A stretch of DNA of 54,431 nucleotides from an uncultured Verrucomicrobiota bacterium (GTDB lineage Bacteria > Verrucomicrobiota > Verrucomicrobiia > Chthoniobacterales > JACTMZ01). The notes beneath the pieces were generated by a model that had not been told where the DNA came from, ran no database searches, and saw only the letters and a program-made list of their open reading frames with translations. Each line of letters starts with the position of its first letter. Positions within the stretch are counted from its first letter, which is position 1. The stretch lies in assembly GCA_903934135.1 (NCBI GenBank), contig CAIZMQ010000057.1:1-54431 (forward strand), given 5' to 3'. Made by a program: the position numbers and the translations under genes. Shown here in pieces: positions 1-6,901 of this stretch.

Positions 1-123
1 CGCCGATCCCAACCGCACCATTTACACCACCCAGCGCCGCAGCACGATTGGCACGGTGGGCTCGCAAAACAGCGTGGGGTATTCCATCGGTTCCGATGGC
101 GCCATGACTTCCATCGCCAACTC
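1..123 (+). repeat. 123-nt tract identical to 1421-1543 (copy A), inside otherwise diverged tandem paralogs
   Basis: Base-by-base comparison of 1-123 with 1421-1543 shows no mismatch, and divergence starts right after. The identity may extend left of the window. Confidence 0.9.
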
Positions 124-862
124 GATGCTCGGGCAGAACAATATTCTCGAAAAAGATGCCACCACGCAGGTCGCCGTTGTCCCGGTTGCCGCCCCCCCCG
201 GCCAGTCAATCAGCTCGCAAAACCCGGTGGGCGGTAACGGATGGAACAACAACATTCCGGGTGATGTGGTCATGCAAGCCGGCCAAATTGGCAACTACGG
301 CACCTTCGGCAGCGTCGATGCCGTCGAGTTCATGTGGGACCTTTACCGACTCCAAGCCAGGAACAATATCAACGGCCAATACGGCCAAGGCGAACCGATT
401 CGCCAAAGCGAGTTCCTCGGCACCCTTGTGGTGGACAACTCCGGCAATGTGAGCTTCATCACGTCTGGAGGGAATCCTCCCGCAACTCCTTATGACACGT
501 GGGCCGCGGCATACTCCCCGGCGACGCTGACCGACAAGAATGCCGATTTCGATAACGACGGATTCAGCAATTTCCAAGAGTTTGCCTTCGGCACTGATCC
601 CACCGTCGGCAATGCGGCACTCGTCTCTACCAGCACCTCTGGAAGCAATCTCATTATTACTGCCCTGCAACGCACAGCAGGTGCAACCAGCGGAATTACC
701 TCCTATACGCTGGAAACGCGTTCTGATCTCACAACCGGCACCTGGTTGTCGTCTGGGGTTACATCCGTTAACGCAACTCCCGTGGGCGATTACACTCCGG
801 TGACTTACACCGTACCACGCGCCGGAACCCGAGGTTTCTACCGCCTTGCGGCCGCCGAATAA
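2..862 (+). CDS. Secreted protein, 5' end cut by the window edge. Tandem paralog of the next gene, but it carries an acidic DxDxDG-type motif and a beta-rich C-terminal domain instead of a PEP-CTERM anchor.
   Basis: The frame is open from nt 2 to TAA 860-862. It shares the blocks ADPNRTIYTTQRRSTIGTVGSQNS, NPVGGNGWNNNIPGD and EFMWDLYRLQA with the 1071-1973 product. The C-terminus has DFDNDGFSNFQEFAFGTDP and ends RGFYRLAAAE. Confidence 0.75.
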   Translation, partial: ADPNRTIYTTQRRSTIGTVGSQNSVGYSIGSDGAMTSIANSMLGQNNILEKDATTQVAVVPVAAPPGQSISSQNPVGGNGWNNNIPGDVVMQAGQIGNYGTFGSVDAVEFMWDLYRLQARNNINGQYGQGEPIRQSEFLGTLVVDNSGNVSFITSGGNPPATPYDTWAAAYSPATLTDKNADFDNDGFSNFQEFAFGTDPTVGNAALVSTSTSGSNLIITALQRTAGATSGITSYTLETRSDLTTGTWLSSGVTSVNATPVGDYTPVTYTVPRAGTRGFYRLAAAE

Positions 863-932
863 GCGGACCGCCACAGCGCATATATAAAGGAGCCGTAGTC
901 CCTTGGGGGCCTCGCATAAAAGACGGCACGGA

Positions 933-950
933 TGTGACAAAAAATTCACA
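933..950. promoter_or_regulatory. Perfect palindrome TGTGA-N8-TCACA, candidate dimeric transcription-factor site upstream of the PEP-CTERM gene
   Basis: Sequence is gaTGTGAcaaaaaatTCACAac, about 120 nt upstream of ATG 1071. A TATACT -10-like hexamer lies at 980-985. The same perfect motif occurs at 16812-16829. Confidence 0.5.
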
Positions 951-1070
951 ACAACGCGCTAGTGCTGCGGCCTCCCCGATATACTTTGCCCCTGTCATTT
1001 GACCGTTTCTTTAGCTCTCCCTTTCAGACATCGCAGACATCACACCATCACACCAACCAACACTAAATCC

Positions 1071-1973
1071 ATGAAAACCATCAAAACGAAATTCTTGGGT
1101 GCGACCGCCGCGGCATTGCTCTTCGGAGCAGCCACCGGTCAAGTTCAAGCCCAAAACACCAACTACACGCCTGGCGACTTGGTCCTCTTCTTTCAAAACC
1201 CAAACGGTCTGATTGGCGGCACCCAGCAAGTGTTCGCCAGCCTTGGCAACACTGCACTTGTTTTCCGCGACGCCACAGCGGGCTCGGCCCTCACCCTTCT
1301 TAACATCAACACCGAATTGACTTCCGCTTACGGCCCCGATTGGGCCAGCGCCACCACTCTCTACGGCGGTGCCGGCGGAGTCTGGGGCAACGCGGGTAGT
1401 TTGAGCACTGCCCTGCAAAACGCCGATCCCAACCGCACCATTTACACCACCCAGCGCCGCAGCACGATTGGCACGGTGGGCTCGCAAAACAGCGTGGGGT
1501 ATTCCATCGGTTCCGATGGCGCCATGACTTCCATCGCCAACTCAATACTCGCGCAGAACAACATCCTCGAGACCGGTTCTGCCAATCGAGTCGCCGTCAT
1601 TACCGCAGCCCAATCGCCGAGCCAAAGTATCAACCTGCAGAACCCAGTTGGGGGGAACGGCTGGAACAATAACATTCCCGGCGACGTCGTCCAGCAGGGC
1701 GGCCGAGCGGACAATTACGGAACTTTCGGCACCTACACGGACGTCGAATTCATGTGGGATCTGTATCGCCTCCAAGCGAAGAGCAACATTGCGAACCAAT
1801 ACGGGTTCGGTGATCCGCTCCGCGAAGGCGAATATCTCGGCACGATGACCCTCTCCTCCAATGGTGACGTTGGCTTCACAGCCGTGCCTGAACCGTCCAC
1901 CTACGCTTTGCTCGCTCTGGCCGCCGTTGGCCTTGGCGCGCACGTTCTCCGCCGTCGTCAAAAGCAGTCCTAA
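1071..1973 (+). CDS. PEP-CTERM sorting-domain secreted protein
   Basis: Signal peptide MKTIKTKFLGATAAALLFGAATGQVQA. C-terminal VPEPSTYALLALAAVGLGAHVLRRRQKQS shows the PEP motif, a TM helix and an Arg-rich tail. I chose ATG 1071 over the upstream ORF start. Confidence 0.85.
   Translation: MKTIKTKFLGATAAALLFGAATGQVQAQNTNYTPGDLVLFFQNPNGLIGGTQQVFASLGNTALVFRDATAGSALTLLNINTELTSAYGPDWASATTLYGGAGGVWGNAGSLSTALQNADPNRTIYTTQRRSTIGTVGSQNSVGYSIGSDGAMTSIANSILAQNNILETGSANRVAVITAAQSPSQSINLQNPVGGNGWNNNIPGDVVQQGGRADNYGTFGTYTDVEFMWDLYRLQAKSNIANQYGFGDPLREGEYLGTMTLSSNGDVGFTAVPEPSTYALLALAAVGLGAHVLRRRQKQS
1421..1543 (+). repeat. 123-nt tract identical to 1-123 (copy B)
   Basis: See the feature at 1-123. Confidence 0.9.
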
Positions 1974-2025
1974 TCCCATAATCAAACCCAACATAAATAA
2001 AACCCAAACCTAAACATATAACACC

Positions 2026-3351
2026 ATGAAAACCAAAATCCTCGCCTTGGCAGCGGCTTCGCTCGCCCTCGGTAGCTCGGCTTTCGCCGATGTCACCGTG
2101 AACATCACGGGTGCGTCTGCCTTCCGCGTCCCTACCCTTGACTCCATCAAAGCACAATTCGTGGCCAGCGGACAGCCTTTCAAGTTCGCCCACGACCGCA
2201 ACGCCAGCAACAACCAAGCCTTCAACGGGGCGACCCGCGCGATTTTTCAGGGAACCTTCCCTGACGTTCCGGGCGTGACCACCATTCGCGCCACCTTCAA
2301 CGGCTCGGTCGAAGGTCTCAACGCTTTGATCAACAGCCCTGCAGCCGACCCCACCTATCTCACGACTGGCGTGCTTGATAGCATCACGGCGGTCGTTGGC
2401 GGTAACAACGGCGGCAATGGCCAAGGCGGTGCCAGCACTGCGGCCGCGGCTCAGTCGGATGTGGCCTTCTCCGATGTGGCCCTCTCATCGACGGCTTTCG
2501 CCGGCAACTCGTTGCAACCTAGCACTCCGGAAGCCGGAGTTGTGGTTTTCACCATGATCGCCAATGAAGGTGCTGCTGGAATCCTGGACAATATGAACAC
2601 GCAGAATTTCCGCGCGCTCTTCTCCGCAGGTTTCCTTCCGCTCTCCTTCTTCACCGGTAACGCTCTTAATACCGATTATGTATTTGCCACCGGCCGTAAC
2701 GATGGATCAGGCACCCGCACGGCCTACTTGGCCGAAACAGGTTACGGCATCGCCAATGCTGTGAACCAATACCTTGTGGGTCGCAGTACAGGCGGCGCGA
2801 TCAATGCAATTTACCGTGTACCCGCTGGGGGTACAAGTGTCGGTCTGGCGGCTGTGACGCCTTCGTTGACACTAAGTTCGGGAAATGCTTCCACCATCTG
2901 GGGTCTCAATCAAGATGGCAATGGCGGGTATTCCTCCGGGTCCACCCTTCGTGACGACATGGGCCGCACCTCCACCAGCGTCAACGTCTACGACGCTGAT
3001 GGTTCGGAGTTGCTCACCGGAGCCAATGTTTACCTTGTGACCTGGCTGTCACTCGGCGACGCCAGCCCGGCCCGCACCGCCGGTGCCGTGGTCCTCGGCT
3101 ACAATGGTGTTAAGCTGACAGACTTCGCCAGCACAGGCACGCTCTCCGTGGCCGATACGGCCAAAGTGACCCAAGGTGCTTACACCGCGTGGAGTTTCCA
3201 ACAGATGTATCGCCGCAACGACATCACCACTGGCGATAAAGTGACGGTTTACAACAAGATCAAAAACAACCTGGTGCTTGGAACGACCGGGATTCCTGAA
3301 CCTTCCATGAACGTTGGTCGTTCGGTCGATGGCGGTGTGGTCACTCCCTGA
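2026..3351 (+). CDS. Secreted protein with periplasmic-binding-protein (PstS/PBP_like_2-type) features
   Basis: Signal peptide MKTKILALAAASLALGSSAFA. Blocks VNITGASAF, FNGSVEG, DVAFSDV, VVVFTMIAN and GRNDGSGTRTAYL follow the order of phosphate-type PBP folds. It ends GIPEPSMNVGRSVDGGVVTP. Confidence 0.5.
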   Translation: MKTKILALAAASLALGSSAFADVTVNITGASAFRVPTLDSIKAQFVASGQPFKFAHDRNASNNQAFNGATRAIFQGTFPDVPGVTTIRATFNGSVEGLNALINSPAADPTYLTTGVLDSITAVVGGNNGGNGQGGASTAAAAQSDVAFSDVALSSTAFAGNSLQPSTPEAGVVVFTMIANEGAAGILDNMNTQNFRALFSAGFLPLSFFTGNALNTDYVFATGRNDGSGTRTAYLAETGYGIANAVNQYLVGRSTGGAINAIYRVPAGGTSVGLAAVTPSLTLSSGNASTIWGLNQDGNGGYSSGSTLRDDMGRTSTSVNVYDADGSELLTGANVYLVTWLSLGDASPARTAGAVVLGYNGVKLTDFASTGTLSVADTAKVTQGAYTAWSFQQMYRRNDITTGDKVTVYNKIKNNLVLGTTGIPEPSMNVGRSVDGGVVTP

Positions 3352-3397
3352 TCTGATCACGCGTCCTAGCCACGTCCCACAAGGGATCTCAAATCCA

Positions 3398-3431
3398 CTG
3401 GCGCCGGTCCCACCCCGGCGCCAGTTTTTTT
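3398..3431 (+). terminator. Rho-independent terminator
   Basis: CTGGCGCCGG, loop tcccacc, CCGGCGCCAG: a 10-bp perfect stem followed by T7. Confidence 0.85.
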
Positions 3432-3436
3432 CAGTC

Positions 3437-4117
3437 ATGAAGCTCACCATTCCATTGCTTGTTATCCTGCTTCTCACCGCCGTTACCGCCTGGTTTTTCA
3501 CCGCCCGCTCCTCCCAACTCCAAGCCGTGTCTCCAGCTCACACGGCCTCTGCGCCCGTTTTGTCTGCAACTCTCGGGGAGTCGAAGGCCTCACCACAAAC
3601 GAATAGCTCTCTGGATCATACCTCATCGATACCGCACGTCGCTACCACGTCCGTGGCTGCTTCTATCACGCCCTCCAATCCCGCCCGTTCGGGCCCGGTC
3701 GAATACGACAAGCTTTCAGCGCCCTCCACCTCTTCTCCCGCGACCTTGCTACCTGAAGCCCCCCAACCGGATGCCAGCGCCACCGCCAGCTACATCGCGG
3801 GCGCGGCGGAGGTCGAATATGAAATCCCCGCAGGAATGCGCGCTCCCGCCGTTTTGCTCCCGGAAGATCGGCCGCGCACACCGCCCATTCAACGCTTCCT
3901 CGATGATGTGCGCCGCGAGTTTGATGCCACCATTGCCGCGGCCGACGATCCGGCAGCCGTTTGGGAGGAGGCACGCCAACACGCCGACAACCGCTACCGC
4001 CTGCTTTTCGGGGACAACGCGTACAACCAGAAAACCATGCAGGACGCCATCGACGCGTTGCGTTCCAAGGGAGCGGTCCCGGCCGCGGCTTCGCCGCCCA
4101 GCCTCCCGACACCGTGA
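3437..4117 (+). CDS. Hypothetical membrane-anchored protein (N-terminal TM, Ser/Pro/Ala-rich linker, helical C-terminus)
   Basis: ATG 3437 gives MKLTIPLLVILLLTAVTAWFF. The frame is open to TGA 4115-4117. I recognised no family. Confidence 0.6.
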   Translation: MKLTIPLLVILLLTAVTAWFFTARSSQLQAVSPAHTASAPVLSATLGESKASPQTNSSLDHTSSIPHVATTSVAASITPSNPARSGPVEYDKLSAPSTSSPATLLPEAPQPDASATASYIAGAAEVEYEIPAGMRAPAVLLPEDRPRTPPIQRFLDDVRREFDATIAAADDPAAVWEEARQHADNRYRLLFGDNAYNQKTMQDAIDALRSKGAVPAAASPPSLPTP

Positions 4118-5026
4118 TCAATCCCCGCTTTGCGTCGTGGGCGAAGAAGCGGGTGCCTGACTGCCCTTGTCCACGGCAATCGGCCGCTTCGTTTTCTCCT
4201 GCTTGGTCAATGCAGCTTTGAAGCGTAGCTGGTAAGCCATCCGGTCGGCTTCCTTCTGCGCCTCCGACCACTCCGTGCCATCGGCATTGACTTGATATTC
4301 AGCTAGCGTGTTTTTCGCGGTGGGTTCGTCGAGGACTTTTGCCACCATGAGCCACTTGAGGCCTTCAACACGGCGAGTCCGGTCCTTGGCCCCAGAATTG
4401 AAGAGCATACGGCCAAGGTTGGCCATGGATTTGGGTTCGCCCTGTTTGGCCGCGCGGCGATACCAGGTTTCCGCGCCGGCCTCGTCGCCGCGGCCGCCAC
4501 GGGCACGGCTCAGCATGTAAGCGTAGGCATTCTGCGCCTGCGGCCGGCCGGCCTCGGAGGCGGCGTAGAGTAGTTGGCGTGCTTTTTCGTCGTCTCGGCC
4601 GACACCCTCGATGAGGTCGCCGTGAAAAATGGCCAAACCAAGCCGCTCTTGGGCCTCCGGCACCCCGGCCTCGGCCGCTTTCTCGAGCCAAGGAACCGCT
4701 GCGGCCGGGTCCTTCTCCACGCCTTGGCCGCTGAGCAGGGCAGTTGCGTAGTTCATTTGCGACCGTGCCGACCCTCCCTCGGCACCCTTTCTGAAGTACT
4801 CCGCCGCCTTGGCCTCGTCCTTGGGTACCTCGATGCCTTGGGCATAAAAGTATCCGAGGCCACCCTCGGCGTTTGCCGAACCCTCTCCGGCGGCTTTTTC
4901 CATCAGTTTGAAGGCCTTCGGATTGTCCTGTCCGATCAAAGCTCGCGCCTCTTGGAAGAGTTTGTCTGCATCCGCCCAAGCAAGCTGGGCCACCAACAAC
5001 GAGAAAAGAAAATAGAGTACTTTCAT
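4118..5026 (-). CDS. Sel1-repeat (TPR-like) exported protein
   Basis: Signal peptide MKVLYFLFSLLVAQLAWA. Repeated Sel1-type units, e.g. GLGYFYAQGIEVPKDEAKAAEYFRKGAEGG, MNYATALLSGQGVEKDPAAAVPWLEKAAEAG and AYAYMLSRARGGRGDEAGAETWYRRAAKQG. Confidence 0.85.
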   Translation of the reverse strand: MKVLYFLFSLLVAQLAWADADKLFQEARALIGQDNPKAFKLMEKAAGEGSANAEGGLGYFYAQGIEVPKDEAKAAEYFRKGAEGGSARSQMNYATALLSGQGVEKDPAAAVPWLEKAAEAGVPEAQERLGLAIFHGDLIEGVGRDDEKARQLLYAASEAGRPQAQNAYAYMLSRARGGRGDEAGAETWYRRAAKQGEPKSMANLGRMLFNSGAKDRTRRVEGLKWLMVAKVLDEPTAKNTLAEYQVNADGTEWSEAQKEADRMAYQLRFKAALTKQEKTKRPIAVDKGSQAPASSPTTQSGD

Positions 5027-5137
5027 TAAGCCCAACACAGATTCTGGCCCCTCCGTGGCTAAATTGCCAAGTGACATTTTTGTCGCAAGCAGCCGCAACC
5101 TGGTGTGGCTGCAGAGCACTGCCGCAGTGTATTATCC

Positions 5138-5890
5138 ATGTGTCGTCCGACTCTCCCAATGACGCCTGCGACCCTGTTCATTAATCCTCGCCTCTCCGTC
5201 ATCATGCCTGTTTTCAACGAGGCGGCGACTCTGGTACGTGTGGCGGAGGTGGTTCTGGCGCGACCTGAGGTGGCGGAACTGGTGGTGGTCGACGATGCGT
5301 CGTCTGATGGCACCTGGGAGAAGTTGCAACGGCTGGCCGCGGCGAATCCCGACCGCGTGAAGGCCCTGCGTCATGAGCGCAATAGGGGAAAGGGGGCCGC
5401 GCTGGAAACAGGTTTTGCTGCAGCCACCGGAGATATCGTTCTCGTTCAGGATGCCGACTTGGAATACGACCCCGGGGATTATCCGCGACTGCTCGAGCCG
5501 GTCCTGCGCGGTGCGGCGGATGCGGTCTTCGGTTCGCGTTTCATCGGCGGATCAAGCCACCGCGTGCTTTATTTCTGGCACTCGCTGGGCAACCGCTTTC
5601 TCACCTTGCTCTCGAACATGGTGACCGACCTCAACCTCACCGACATGGAATGCGGCTACAAAGTGTTCCGCCGCGACCTGCTGCAAAAGATCACCATCGA
5701 GGAGCCGCGCTTCGGCTTCGAACCGGAAATCGTGGCCAAGGTGGCGCGATCCGGGGCGCGTATTTACGAAGTCAGCGTGGCCTACTACGGCCGCACCTAC
5801 GCCGAAGGCAAAAAGATCAACTGGAAAGACGGTGTCAGTGCCTTCCGTTGCATTCTCAAATACGGGCTGCTGCGGCGTTGGCGGGGATGA
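5138..5890 (+). CDS. Family 2 glycosyltransferase (Dpm1/polyprenol-phosphate sugar transferase-like)
   Basis: LSVIMPVFNEAATL..., VVVDDASSDGT and VQDADLEYDP (DxD) motifs. The start is uncertain (GTG 5105, ATG 5138 or ATG 5159). Confidence 0.85.
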   Translation: MCRPTLPMTPATLFINPRLSVIMPVFNEAATLVRVAEVVLARPEVAELVVVDDASSDGTWEKLQRLAAANPDRVKALRHERNRGKGAALETGFAAATGDIVLVQDADLEYDPGDYPRLLEPVLRGAADAVFGSRFIGGSSHRVLYFWHSLGNRFLTLLSNMVTDLNLTDMECGYKVFRRDLLQKITIEEPRFGFEPEIVAKVARSGARIYEVSVAYYGRTYAEGKKINWKDGVSAFRCILKYGLLRRWRG

Positions 5891-5996
5891 GGAGTTTTAA
5901 GATTTAGGTTTGTAAGTTTTAAGCGTCCGGACTCTCCGCTTTCCGCCGATTGACGGGCGACGGCCGATGGAGGTGAAGCTGGAGACGGAGAAAGAC

Positions 5997-6111
5997 AGGC
6001 CACGGATGGGGGAAGATAAACGGCTAGGATATGCCCAGGCGCGGGACCCGCGCCCGGGCAAAGTGCTTCTCCGGAACCTCATCATCTTCCATCTCCTTCC
6101 ATCCGTGGCCT
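5997..6111. repeat. 13-bp perfect inverted repeat (AGGCCACGGATGG / CCATCCGTGGCCT) enclosing a second GC-rich palindrome (6033-6059)
   Basis: Arms lie at 5997-6009 and 6099-6111. The inner GCCCAGGCGCGGG a CCCGCGCCCGGGC matches 12/13. The element lies in a 322-nt gene-free gap between GT2 and brnA and could act as a bidirectional terminator, but has no clear U-tract. Confidence 0.6.
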
Positions 6112-6212
6112 ATCTTGGTTTCTGTGGTTCGCCTTTTCCCTCCCACTCAAACTCCAGCTCCAACTCAACCTTCCGCCTTTGCCGTTGTCGGTGGCTTGCC
6201 TTGACCCTCTGC

Positions 6213-6452
6213 TTAGGCGCGGGCGAAGCGTTCGGCGAGCACCACTTTGATCAGGCTTTGGTAGGGCACGTCGCGGCGGTTGGCCTCGCGTTTGATGGCG
6301 TGGAGCAGGGGGGCCGGCATGCGCAGGGAGATAGTCTCGGTCGTGGCCTTGAGATCCGGAAACGCGACACGCTCCGCTTTGGACCAATCTAGCCCGCGAC
6401 CCTGACGGGCGGGCATGGCGGGAACACGCAAGCGGTCAACTTTGGTTTTCAT
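6213..6452 (-). CDS. brnA: BrnA-family antitoxin
   Basis: 79 aa with LDWSKAERVAFPDLKATTETISLRMPAPLLHAIKREANRRDVPYQSLIKVVL, typical of BrnA. It overlaps the upstream toxin gene by 17 nt. Confidence 0.8.
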   Translation of the reverse strand: MKTKVDRLRVPAMPARQGRGLDWSKAERVAFPDLKATTETISLRMPAPLLHAIKREANRRDVPYQSLIKVVLAERFARA

Positions 6453-6732
6453 AGATATTCCTTTCCTTGCGGCTCATAGGTCTGGCGGAAATGACGCGCA
6501 GTTTCGCGTCACGGACCGTGAAAGCAAGGTGGAGCAACCGCCCCTCGTCGGTGCGTCCGAGGGCGTGGTGACGCTCTTCGTCCGCGCTGTGCCGGGGGTC
6601 GGGCAGGACCAGCAGCGGGGCGTTCTGGAAAAGCTCCTCCGCCTCGCGGCAGCTGACACTGTGTTTCTGTGTGCTTTTGAGTGCATTTCCCTGGTCCCAA
6701 TCGAAACCGACAATTCCGGTCCAATTGATCAT
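6436..6732 (-). CDS. brnT: BrnT-family (DUF497) ribonuclease toxin
   Basis: FDWDQGNALKSTQKHSVSCREAEELF...DPRHSADEERHHALGRT..RLLHLAFTVRDAKLRVISARPMSRKERNIY matches the BrnT pattern. I chose ATG 6732 over the TTG at 6762. Confidence 0.8.
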   Translation of the reverse strand: MINWTGIVGFDWDQGNALKSTQKHSVSCREAEELFQNAPLLVLPDPRHSADEERHHALGRTDEGRLLHLAFTVRDAKLRVISARPMSRKERNIYENQS

Positions 6733-6740
6733 GAAGCTTA

Positions 6741-6761
6741 TGTATACGCTGGAGATATACA
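6741..6761. promoter_or_regulatory. Inverted repeat TGTATA-N9-TATACA just upstream of brnT, candidate autoregulatory operator
   Basis: The repeat lies 9-29 nt upstream of the brnT ATG in a locally AT-rich stretch. Confidence 0.4.
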
Positions 6762-6833
6762 AAAGTCAATGTCAGCGCAGGAAGGCACAGAAGTAGTGGA
6801 TGCTCTTGTCCATGGGAATTTTTAGCTACAGTC

Positions 6834-6880
6834 GGAGGAAAAGCCGGAGACAGCCCGCTGCGGCGACTCGTCTCACCGGC
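6834..6880 (-). terminator. Probable intrinsic terminator of the TPR-like gene
   Basis: On the minus strand: GCCGGTGAGAC, 18-nt loop, GTCTCCGGC (9 bp with a 2-nt bulge), followed by TTTTCCTCC. Confidence 0.45.
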
Positions 6881-6901
6881 TCTGCATGGGTGGCCTTTTG
6901 C

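Noticed and set aside
448-463. CRP-like TGTGA-N6-TCACG
   Set aside because: It lies inside the coding region of the first gene. It is a single 9/10 match with a different spacing from the two perfect N8 sites, and is consistent with chance.
4115-4120. Back-to-back stop codons of convergent genes inside the palindrome GTGATCA, with zero spacer
   Set aside because: The observation is real, but it only shows tight packing. No hairpin or other functional element could be derived from it.
6120-6135. GGTTCG-containing stretch that might hint at a tRNA T-arm in the 5891-6212 spacer
   Set aside because: I could not build an acceptor stem, anticodon arm or GTTCGAATC-type T-loop on either strand.
5967-6392. 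ORFs of 62-141 aa inside the GT2/brnA spacer
   Set aside because: They are Arg/Pro/Ser-rich with no start context and no recognisable domains, and they overlap the palindromic structures and brnA. I treat them as non-coding.
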